IMG/VR virus record: IMGVR_UViG_3300045988_021489
Reading direction: 5' to 3' (one strand)
Origin: a virus
DNA length: 11,733 nt
A model generated the notes under the pieces. The model ran no database searches and was not told the origin of the DNA. It saw only the letters and a list, made by a program, of their open reading frames with translations. Positions 5,038-11,382 of the stretch are shown in pieces; the first letter of the stretch is position 1, and every line of letters starts with the position of its first letter. A program made the translations under genes and the position numbers.

Positions 5038-6125
5038 TGCTTATCGTCTTTTGTTTCTGTTTCCTCTGTTTCCTCTGTTTCCTCTGTTTCGGTATCGTTA
5101 CCGTCCGTTTCCGTTTCCGTTTCTTTCGTTTCTTCTGTTTCCTCTGTTTCCGTGTCGTTTCCGTCTGTTTCGGTGTCGTTTCCGTCTGTTTCGGTTGTTT
5201 CCTCTGTCGGGTCGGGTTCGTCTGTCGGGTCGGGGTTTTCCTTTGCCGTTTCCAAATCAGCCGCCAAAGCGTTGTAATTATCCCTTTCCAAACCCCAACT
5301 TGAAGCAAGTTTAACCGAAATTTCGGTGTCAAACATCGCATTAATTTTCTCAACTGCATTTTGTCTTTCTTTTAGCATATTATCCACATACGGCAAAAGT
5401 ACATCTACATTCATACTTACCTCGCCCAAATTAAGGCGTTCACGCTTCATATTATAATTTGCGTTTAGCCCCAATTCGTTGTACATACTCGCTTTGTAGT
5501 ATTGTATCAGTTCAATAAGTTGTGTTATATACACGCTGTTTGTGGTCGGGGCTGTCTGCATATTTACGCCTTTGAAAAAAGCGTTTTCCCCGATAATTGA
5601 AAACTCGCCGTCTTGTATCTTGCGCAAAATCTCATCGGCACTCTGTTTCGTCTTGTCATCGCTGGCACTTATCAGCATTGTAATACGGGTCAAAATGCTT
5701 GCCGTGTTCAACGAAATAAGCCCGTCAGTATGCAAGACGGCATAACGCCCGATAAGCGGCAAAAGGCTTTCGCCGTTGCTGTCATTCTCAATCAAAACCC
5801 CGTCTTTCTGTATATCGTAGGTTTTGTTTAACTTTAATGCAGGGTTCGCCACGGTGTAAAGCGTTGCCCGTCCGTAAACATCGGGTTCGCCGCCTTTGCC
5901 GCCCGAAAGCGCATACAAAACCCCGTCCACGCTGGTAACAAAGGCGTTGCCCGTGGTCTGCAAAAGCCGCTCCAATTCCTTTTGCGGTATGCTGTCGGGC
6001 AAACCCTCATATTCAAACATACTTTGAGTTTTCGCCAACGTGTTCGCCATAAATTCGGTTACGGCGGTGTCTTTGTCCCTTACTTGTTGCTGGTACAACT
6101 TGTAAATGTTATCTTTCCTTTTCAT
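5034..6125 (-). CDS. Portal (connector) protein, phi29 gp10-like, with a roughly 70-aa acidic repeat tail
   Basis: FEYEGLPDSIP and NANYNMKRERLNLGEV resemble phi29 gp10 FEWENLPPTI and NANLEKKERMVTDEV as I recall them. Size and position fit a portal. Confidence 0.85.
   Translation of the reverse strand: MKRKDNIYKLYQQQVRDKDTAVTEFMANTLAKTQSMFEYEGLPDSIPQKELERLLQTTGNAFVTSVDGVLYALSGGKGGEPDVYGRATLYTVANPALKLNKTYDIQKDGVLIENDSNGESLLPLIGRYAVLHTDGLISLNTASILTRITMLISASDDKTKQSADEILRKIQDGEFSIIGENAFFKGVNMQTAPTTNSVYITQLIELIQYYKASMYNELGLNANYNMKRERLNLGEVSMNVDVLLPYVDNMLKERQNAVEKINAMFDTEISVKLASSWGLERDNYNALAADLETAKENPDPTDEPDPTEETTETDGNDTETDGNDTETEETEETKETETETDGNDTETEETEETEETETKDDKQ
5050..5240 (-). repeat. Tandem short repeats encoding the T/E/D-rich portal C-terminus
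   Basis: A perfect 21-bp tandem duplication lies at 5152-5172 and 5173-5193 (encodes TETDGND), with a diverged copy near 5091-5111. A 9-bp unit ctctgtttc repeats 3-4 times at about 5063-5090, and tctgtcgggtcggg occurs twice at about 5204-5236. Confidence 0.9.
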
Positions 6126-6315
6126 CTGTCAAAACTTTAATAAGCGTTGTAAGTTCGGCTAACACTTTCGTATTTTCCGCAATCGTGTCTTTTAGGTGTT
6201 CCGTTTCTTCTTGGTGCGCCTGCCTTTGTTTCACCATATACCAAAACAATGCGCCACACATCACAATCGGAAAACCCAAACTTGAAATGATTTGAATAAT
6301 AGTATTTGCGTCCAT
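6109..6315 (-). CDS. Small single-pass membrane protein, 68 aa (holin-like / YvrJ-like)
   Basis: The N-terminus IIQIISSLGFPIVMCGALFWYMV forms one hydrophobic helix, followed by a charged coiled-coil-like tail. It overlaps the portal start by 17 nt. The family assignment is from memory only. Confidence 0.45.
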   Translation of the reverse strand: MDANTIIQIISSLGFPIVMCGALFWYMVKQRQAHQEETEHLKDTIAENTKVLAELTTLIKVLTDEKER

Positions 6316-6340
6316 ATCAATAAATTTTTAGTTCCTATTG

Positions 6341-6348
6341 CAAAGGTA
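6341..6348 (-). promoter_or_regulatory. Candidate Bacteroidota-type -7 box (TACCTTTG) for the structural/late operon
   Basis: Plus strand caaaggta reads TACCTTTG on the minus strand, 25 nt upstream of the ATG at 6315 and just downstream of a terminator-like hairpin. Confidence 0.5.
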
Positions 6349-6362
6349 GTTATTTATTTCGT

Positions 6363-6399
6363 AAAACGGTCGGTTCGGCACGAAATTTGCACCAAACCG
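6363..6399 (-). terminator. Terminator-like hairpin after the packaging ATPase gene
   Basis: Minus strand reads CGGTTTGGTGC-AAATTTC-GTGCCGAACCG (11-bp stem including three G-U pairs), followed by ACCGTTTTAC. Confidence 0.5.
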
Positions 6400-6409
6400 C
6401 CCGTTATTT

Positions 6410-7540
6410 TCATTTAAGCGAAACAATGTTTGTCTTTGCGCTCGTAATTAAATAATTGCGTACTATTTCGCCTATTTCGTTATCTTGGTAGAAAACTTTG
6501 TCTATTGCGAAAAACCGTGCGACTTGTTGTTCCACGTAACTTGCCGTGCTTAACAACTTGCGTTTGTAGTTCGGTTTGCCGTTCATTTCCAAAGAATAAA
6601 TAAGGCTGTTTTCCTCATCTTTAATCGGTGTCGTTTTGGCGTGTATGTACGTGAAACATTCGTTGCCTACTTGTATAATGTTACCCTGCAAAACAACATC
6701 GTTAAACTTGATATAGTACACAAACAACACGTCTTGCGGCTTGTACTTACACGGCAAATGCGGATATACTGCAAGTTCCCACTTGCCGCCCGTAATCATC
6801 TGCAAATTTTGATTGTCGAAACAAAAATACTTGTTACTGGCTTTGTGTTGTACTATCGTGCTGCAATACTCCACCGCCACGATTGCGCCGTGTTCGCCAA
6901 AGCGGTATATATCTATCGTTCCCTGCTCCATAAACGGCACTTGCTTCAAACCCATTTCCGTAAAGTACGGGCAAAACTTGTTTACCGTGTTGCCCAACAT
7001 AAACACTTTGACATCGTTTCGCTGGCGTATTATCGTGCTTAACAAGTTCATAAATAACATAAACTCATCGGGCAAATAATACCGCCGTGTCAGAAACTCG
7101 TCAAATACTATCGTTGTAACATTCGGGTAACTGCTGCTTTTTTCGTGTTCCTGCTCTGAAAGGCAAAACCCGTAACAAAACGGGGTCGGGTCGGGTGTCC
7201 GCTTGTTTTTCTCTGCATCGTAGTAAGATAAAAACCACTTGTTCGACATATAGAACACTTCATTAAATTTGCCCTCTGTCAGTTCCTCAATAAGTCCGTT
7301 TGCCACGTGATTTGCAAACAGACTTTCGGCACGTTTGCCCCGTAAATCCTCACGCCAACGGCGTATATATGCCATTTGCTTGCCCGTCTTGATATAGTTT
7401 TCCAAACCATATTTTAAGGCGGCGTAAGTCTTGCCGTTTGACCGTTCGCCAAATATAACATTATAGTCGGCGTTCTTGCTTAAAATCGCTTTCAAGTCGT
7501 AAAATTTCGGCTTTTCTGTCTTTGTCTTTCTTGTTGTCAT
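6410..7540 (-). CDS. DNA packaging (encapsidation) ATPase, phi29 gp16-type
   Basis: Walker A is FGERSNGKTY. The Walker B block SSSYPNVTTIVFDEF closely matches phi29 gp16 SNAYPNVSTIVFDEF as I recall it. Also YIRRW vs YVRRY, and ML-GN-T-V vs CLSNAVSV. Confidence 0.93.
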   Translation of the reverse strand: MTTRKTKTEKPKFYDLKAILSKNADYNVIFGERSNGKTYAALKYGLENYIKTGKQMAYIRRWREDLRGKRAESLFANHVANGLIEELTEGKFNEVFYMSNKWFLSYYDAEKNKRTPDPTPFCYGFCLSEQEHEKSSSYPNVTTIVFDEFLTRRYYLPDEFMLFMNLLSTIIRQRNDVKVFMLGNTVNKFCPYFTEMGLKQVPFMEQGTIDIYRFGEHGAIVAVEYCSTIVQHKASNKYFCFDNQNLQMITGGKWELAVYPHLPCKYKPQDVLFVYYIKFNDVVLQGNIIQVGNECFTYIHAKTTPIKDEENSLIYSLEMNGKPNYKRKLLSTASYVEQQVARFFAIDKVFYQDNEIGEIVRNYLITSAKTNIVSLK

Positions 7541-7552
7541 ACTCTTATTATT

Positions 7553-9382
7553 TTAGTCCTTAAATTTAATTCCACGCAAATAATTTATGTACATAACCGA
7601 AAGGGAAAGGCTGTATCCGGTCGGCTCTAAATGTACGCCCGTGCGTTCGTTGTAATGCGCCGTGCTGCCTTTGTAGTCGGTTATTTCGCCTTGTATCTCG
7701 TAGTCTATGTACGTATGTATGTTTTTGCCCGTTGCTTGCGGCGGTATATCCAAATAGTTGGTAAACGCATCAAAGATACCGTTTTCGCCGTACTTTTCAA
7801 TAAGATACGGTATCGCCGCCTTTTTGTTCACTCCCGACACGGTTAAACTGAAATCGTATGCCCGTCCGCCTGCTTTTAGTGCGTTGGGTTCTTGCACCAT
7901 ATAGCGTTTAGCCCCCAAAGTCTTAAACCTTGTATATGTACCCTCGAAATCCCAAACGCCCAAAGTCTTTGTTATGCCTTTTATCGTTTGCGGCTCGCAA
8001 AGCGAAAACGGCAAACCGTGGTACTTGCAGGCTGCACGTAATTTCATTTGCACCTGCATATTATAAGCCTTGAAATACGCTTCGTGCGCTTTGCCGTTCA
8101 TTATTTTAATGCTGTCGGTGTCGCTGTATATGTAATCGTCTTTCGCTTCGTGTATGCCCGTGAAAAGGTTGCGCCGTGCGTATGCGGTTACGAAAATGCC
8201 CCACGGGTAAAACAAGAAACGGTTTTTGCTGGTGTTGTACTTGTATAAAAGTTCCTGCTTTTGTTCGGCTGTCATTGAGTTAATATCCCATTCGCCGTTA
8301 TATGTAAACTCATCACGCAAAGGGTTGGTAACACTCATACCGTAACAACTGTTTAACATTTCCTTGCTGTTAAGATATTCCACTTCTTTGCCCTCAACTC
8401 CTTTTAATTTCGTCTTGCTTTCGTACAAATGAAGGATAGATTTTACAAACGGGGTCGGCAAATAGTCTTTCTTGTAACAATACATTTCACCCACACGCAT
8501 ACTTTCCCACGTATAAAAGTTTTTGATTATATTAAAATCCACGTCCGTAATTGTCAGCGCAATTTTTGAAGCCGCCACAATACGCCCGTTATTTTCGCAC
8601 GGGTTTTCTTTCACAAAACATTTGCTTGCGCTTATCGGGTTGTCTTGCGTTTCGCTGGCAAATATGTTGGTAAACTCAATATCAAACACGCAACAATACT
8701 TTGATATTAAAAACTCAAATTGCGCCATACTCTTAACCGTGATTGCAACGCCTTGCGACATCGGGTATTTTTCCGCTATCATTACATACGGGTAACTGCT
8801 TGTAAAGTCGTAACTATCCACGTTGTACATTATTTCGTCTGTATATTCGGCGATGGCGTGTGTAAAACCGCCTGCAAACGCACGTTGCAGCATATTAAAT
8901 TCATTCATACCCGTAATTTGTAATTCCTGCATCAAGTTCACGTAATCCCAATTTGGTACGGTCTTTCCTGCATCGCTTTTTTCACGCAAACAATGCGCAC
9001 GGCAATACTTGCGCACAAACCCCGTCTTTGTTATCGGTATGTGCGTTATCCCCTTGCTTTCCTCTATACGTTCCTGTATGTAGCACATCACTACTTTAAT
9101 ATCGTTTATGCAATAGTGTATTTCCGCATCAGTAAGCGGCGTTTCGCTGTGCCTTATTTGCTGGTAGTCCAAATCGCCAACGGCTTTTGCACACTTGTAT
9201 TTCATAAGTTGTTCGCCCAACTTTGCAAGCGAATAACCCGAAAGCAAGTAACTGCATCTAAACTCAATGTTGCCCGTTGTTATTGCGTAAATCGGTTTGC
9301 GCAAATCAATACTGAAAACCCGTTGCCACTCAAACCACTTGCGCAAAAACTGAAATTCGTATGAAAGGTTATGCACATACAC
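7553..9382 (-). CDS. Family-B protein-primed DNA polymerase, C-terminal 609 codons (ExoII to the end). No ATG start; in frame with 9395-9763 across one TAA
   Basis: ExoII is YVHNLSYEFQFL and ExoIII is HYCINDIKVV. Motif A is YDFTSSYPYV, motif B is KEMLNSCYGMS, motif C is IYSDTDSIKI, and the KxY motif is GAKRYMV. The ORF-track start is GTG. Confidence 0.95.
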   Translation of the reverse strand: MYVHNLSYEFQFLRKWFEWQRVFSIDLRKPIYAITTGNIEFRCSYLLSGYSLAKLGEQLMKYKCAKAVGDLDYQQIRHSETPLTDAEIHYCINDIKVVMCYIQERIEESKGITHIPITKTGFVRKYCRAHCLREKSDAGKTVPNWDYVNLMQELQITGMNEFNMLQRAFAGGFTHAIAEYTDEIMYNVDSYDFTSSYPYVMIAEKYPMSQGVAITVKSMAQFEFLISKYCCVFDIEFTNIFASETQDNPISASKCFVKENPCENNGRIVAASKIALTITDVDFNIIKNFYTWESMRVGEMYCYKKDYLPTPFVKSILHLYESKTKLKGVEGKEVEYLNSKEMLNSCYGMSVTNPLRDEFTYNGEWDINSMTAEQKQELLYKYNTSKNRFLFYPWGIFVTAYARRNLFTGIHEAKDDYIYSDTDSIKIMNGKAHEAYFKAYNMQVQMKLRAACKYHGLPFSLCEPQTIKGITKTLGVWDFEGTYTRFKTLGAKRYMVQEPNALKAGGRAYDFSLTVSGVNKKAAIPYLIEKYGENGIFDAFTNYLDIPPQATGKNIHTYIDYEIQGEITDYKGSTAHYNERTGVHLEPTGYSLSLSVMYINYLRGIKFKD

Positions 9383-9394
9383 AATAAGGCGTAA

Positions 9395-9763
9395 TTAGTC
9401 ATTCAGCCCTAAAACCTCGCTTACGGTCTGCATCATCGTGACAAACTCGCCCCACGTGCGCCCCATTATCGTATATCCGTTTATGCCAAACTGCCAAACG
9501 TACATTATTGCGGCTTTCTCTAATTTCGCCTTGCGCCCGTTCCCGTCCTGCATACGCTGCATTTGCTCGTATGTGTACGCCCGTCCGTCCGTATCACGGT
9601 AAAAACTTGTTGTTTCAATATCAAAGGCGCACGGGATATTGTAAAACCTTTCGCCCTTGCTGTTTCCGATAATGTTCTTTTCGTTTACGGCACGTTGCAA
9701 CACGCTTGCAATTTCGGTCGGGCTGTTTATTCTTTCTTGTAACTCAAAAGGTATTTTTTTCAT
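9395..9763 (-). CDS. Family-B protein-primed DNA polymerase, N-terminal 122 codons (ExoI only)
   Basis: The ExoI motif is CAFDIETTS (D48, E50). The ATG overlaps the upstream TGA (ATGA). It ends ...SEVLGLND-TAA, immediately followed in frame by LRLIVYVHNL. Confidence 0.9.
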   Translation of the reverse strand: MKKIPFELQERINSPTEIASVLQRAVNEKNIIGNSKGERFYNIPCAFDIETTSFYRDTDGRAYTYEQMQRMQDGNGRKAKLEKAAIMYVWQFGINGYTIMGRTWGEFVTMMQTVSEVLGLND

Positions 9764-10413
9764 AACCCAAACTTATTAAAGTTGCGCAATATCCGTTCTA
9801 TATCGTTTTGCATATCCTCCATTTGGTCGGCTACTTCATTTGCCTGCCTTTCTATTTCCGCATCAATCGCCCGTGATATGCTTTGCGCTTCACTTTCTAT
9901 TTGGGTGCTTATATCGCTTGCGCTTTGCTCCATTTCGCCCGTGAAATCTTTGTACCGCATCAAATAACGCTCCACGAAATCACTATCCGAAACGCTGTTT
10001 AACTTGCCTTGCAAGTTCCTTGCCATTAAATTGTACTCATCGGGCGTTAAATCGTACATACGTTGCAGGTGTTGCCCGTACTGCCTTGCACCTTGCGCCG
10101 TACTTGTCGGCTGGCGTAAAAACGAAATCGCCTTGCCGTACTCAATTTTTAGGGTGTTCCAATCGCCTTTCATTGAAAACTTGGTAAACCCTTTTACATC
10201 GCCTTTGTTTAACGCTTGCACGGCTGGCGAAAGTTGTCCGCTTTGCTCTATATTCTGTATTCGGCGGTTCGCCATTTGGAAAACCCTTGCAATCTCTTTT
10301 CTATATTCGGGGCTGCTTTCCACGGCTTGCAATATCTCTTTTTTGATTTTCGCCCGTTGGGTTGCTCCAAATACAGACTTTGTAAATTTAATCTTGAAAC
10401 CTAACTTTGCCAT
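9760..10413 (-). CDS. Candidate terminal protein (protein primer), 217 aa
   Basis: It lies immediately upstream of the polymerase and is translationally coupled to it, as phi29 gene 3 is to gene 2. It has a basic N-terminus (MAKLGFKIKFTK...RAKIKK) and an acidic, Ser-rich C-terminal region (EMEQSASDISTQIESEAQSIS...). I recognise no sequence motif. Confidence 0.5.
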   Translation of the reverse strand: MAKLGFKIKFTKSVFGATQRAKIKKEILQAVESSPEYRKEIARVFQMANRRIQNIEQSGQLSPAVQALNKGDVKGFTKFSMKGDWNTLKIEYGKAISFLRQPTSTAQGARQYGQHLQRMYDLTPDEYNLMARNLQGKLNSVSDSDFVERYLMRYKDFTGEMEQSASDISTQIESEAQSISRAIDAEIERQANEVADQMEDMQNDIERILRNFNKFGL

Positions 10414-10431
10414 AACGGTATTATATTAAAT

Positions 10432-10456
10432 AGGGGTTGCAAACATTGCAACCCCT
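10432..10456 (-). terminator. Perfect 10-bp-stem hairpin in the intergenic region (terminator or 5'-UTR structure)
   Basis: Minus strand reads AGGGGTTGCA-ATGTT-TGCAACCCCT followed by ATTTAATATAAT. It sits between the 118-aa gene's stop and the ATG at 10413. Confidence 0.55.
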
Positions 10457-10457
10457 A

Positions 10458-10465
10458 CAAAGTTA
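10458..10465 (-). promoter_or_regulatory. TAACTTTG box (Bacteroidota -7-like) upstream of the TP-polymerase-ATPase genes
   Basis: Minus strand reads GTTTAACTTTG one nt before the hairpin. The final G is 44 nt upstream of the ATG at 10413. Confidence 0.45.
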
Positions 10466-10484
10466 AACATAACTTTCCAAACTC

Positions 10485-10841
10485 TTACAAGTCCACAAAC
10501 GAAATAGAATAACACTTCTTGCCGTGGCTCTCGTACTCGTAAATCGTGTACCCGACTTTGCCGTCTTTGATAGTTTGTACCGCCTCATCATCGGCAAGTA
10601 TTTCACGCACCGTTTCGGCGGTGTGGCTTGGCAGGTTCACCAGCCGTTTGTTTTCCTCATCAATAATTACGGGGCTGTCGCCTAATTGCGACTTGTGGAC
10701 ATAAAGCCCATTGATTTTGTGTACCACATCTTTGCCGCCCTCATTTTCAGAGTTGAAAATATCGGTTAACTTGGTGTACTGAAAATCGGTTGTGTCAATG
10801 CCAAACGTGGTCTTGTTAAATTTACTTGCAAAACTTTTCAT
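10485..10841 (-). CDS. Hypothetical early protein, 118 aa (candidate ssDNA- or dsDNA-binding replication accessory protein, by position only)
   Basis: ATG ORF ending in TAA, located in the replication module upstream of TP and pol, where phi29 has genes 5 and 6. The function is not supported by any motif I can name. Confidence 0.6.
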   Translation of the reverse strand: MKSFASKFNKTTFGIDTTDFQYTKLTDIFNSENEGGKDVVHKINGLYVHKSQLGDSPVIIDEENKRLVNLPSHTAETVREILADDEAVQTIKDGKVGYTIYEYESHGKKCYSISFVDL

Positions 10842-10869
10842 TGTAGTAATTCTTTTAATTGTTAAACTT
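10842..10869 (-). promoter_or_regulatory. Conserved intergenic cassette copy 1 (AAGTTTAACAATTAAAAGAATTACTACA-ATG)
   Basis: Near-identical to 11094-11120 (17-nt and 8-nt identical blocks flanking a 3-nt vs 2-nt variable spacer). It ends exactly at the start codon. Confidence 0.6.
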
Positions 10870-10880
10870 GGTGTTAATTG

Positions 10881-11093
10881 TTATTCGGCTGTCTGTCCTT
10901 GCGGTTCGCCGTCAAACGGCAAATTTGGATCGGGGTTGGCTTGCGGCTTCAAGTCCATAAGCCACGCACGAAAGCGGTTTATTTTCATAACTGCCCGTTG
11001 GTTGCGGCATACTTCATTACACGCCATAAGGCTACCCAAAGCCGACAAAGCGGCAAACGAAAACTCGTCAAATGCGTTTCTTTTTTCTTCCAT
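10881..11093 (-). CDS. Hypothetical early protein, 70 aa
   Basis: ATG ORF ending in TAA, preceded by the conserved cassette. No motif recognised. Confidence 0.55.
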   Translation of the reverse strand: MEEKRNAFDEFSFAALSALGSLMACNEVCRNQRAVMKINRFRAWLMDLKPQANPDPNLPFDGEPQGQTAE

Positions 11094-11120
11094 TGTAGTA
11101 AACTTTTAATTGTTAAACTT
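11094..11120 (-). promoter_or_regulatory. Conserved intergenic cassette copy 2 (AAGTTTAACAATTAAAAGTTTACTACA-ATG)
   Basis: See 10842-10869. A related plus-strand version, CAAGTTAAACAATTAAATAC, precedes the ATG at 387. Confidence 0.6.
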
Positions 11121-11124
11121 ATTG

Positions 11125-11355
11125 TTATTTTGTTTTTGGAAACTTCACCGTACCGCCGTGGTAGATATACGTTGTATCGGTTGTTATTATCACTGCTTTG
11201 CCGCTGCTTGCGCTTTCACGTTGTACGCTGCAACCCTGCAAGATTGCAGATAGAAACAACATCGCACCGCAAACGGCAAAAATCATTACACACATTGCAA
11301 CTTCTTTAATTGCTTCTTTCGGTTGCTCTTTGAAATGCTTTATTAACTCTTTCAT
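11125..11355 (-). CDS. Small membrane protein / possible lipoprotein, 76 aa (first gene of the right-end operon)
   Basis: A hydrophobic stretch MCVMIFAVCGAMLFLSAIL is followed by QGC (lipobox-like L-Q-G-C), then a short soluble tail. The charged N-terminal 20 aa are atypical for a signal peptide. Confidence 0.55.
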   Translation of the reverse strand: MKELIKHFKEQPKEAIKEVAMCVMIFAVCGAMLFLSAILQGCSVQRESASSGKAVIITTDTTYIYHGGTVKFPKTK

Positions 11356-11382
11356 ATTTCAACTTGTTTAAGTAACACGTTG

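Noticed and set aside
5006-5359. Alternative-frame ORFs over the portal repeat region (minus-strand basic K/R/Q-rich 117 aa; plus-strand 4928-5314 and 5037-5303) and the idea of programmed frameshifting into them
   Set aside because: They arise from reading short tandem repeats in other frames. I see no slippery heptamer or downstream structure, and the acidic frame is contiguous with the portal homology. I mention this only as a consequence of possible repeat indels.
1117-10429. Plus-strand ORFs from the track (1117-1677, 1430-1699, 1936-2802, 2033-2263, 3154-3579, 3637-3957, 3708-3917, 3779-3976, 3995-4252, 4511-4783, 5542-5745, 5613-5831, 6641-7042, 6813-7079, 7631-7846, 8048-8248, 8523-8795, 8720-8923, 8993-9364, 9782-9967, 10004-10429, 10216-10404)
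   Set aside because: All lie antisense within well-supported minus-strand genes. Their composition is Cys/Arg/Val/Leu-rich and low-complexity, as is typical of shadow ORFs. They have no promoter-like boxes or terminators of their own.
10792-11309. Plus-strand ORFs 10792-11109 and 10878-11309 across the small early genes
   Set aside because: They are antisense to three minus-strand ORFs that have conserved leaders ending at their ATGs. The sequences are Leu/Arg/Cys-rich and span intergenic cassettes, so they are most likely shadow ORFs.
817-11355. Genome-wide reassignment of TAA to a sense codon (an alternative genetic code)
   Set aside because: TAA terminates 10 of the 14 ORFs at sensible protein ends, and tandem TAAs occur in spacers (TAA CAA TAA GTT TAA after the 76-aa gene). 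Long genes such as the MCP, portal, ATPase and pol-C contain no internal TAA at all. Reading every TAA as sense would also fuse the polymerase to the packaging ATPase. Known phage recodings involve TAG or TGA, not TAA. Site-specific readthrough, suppression or nonsense lesions fit better.
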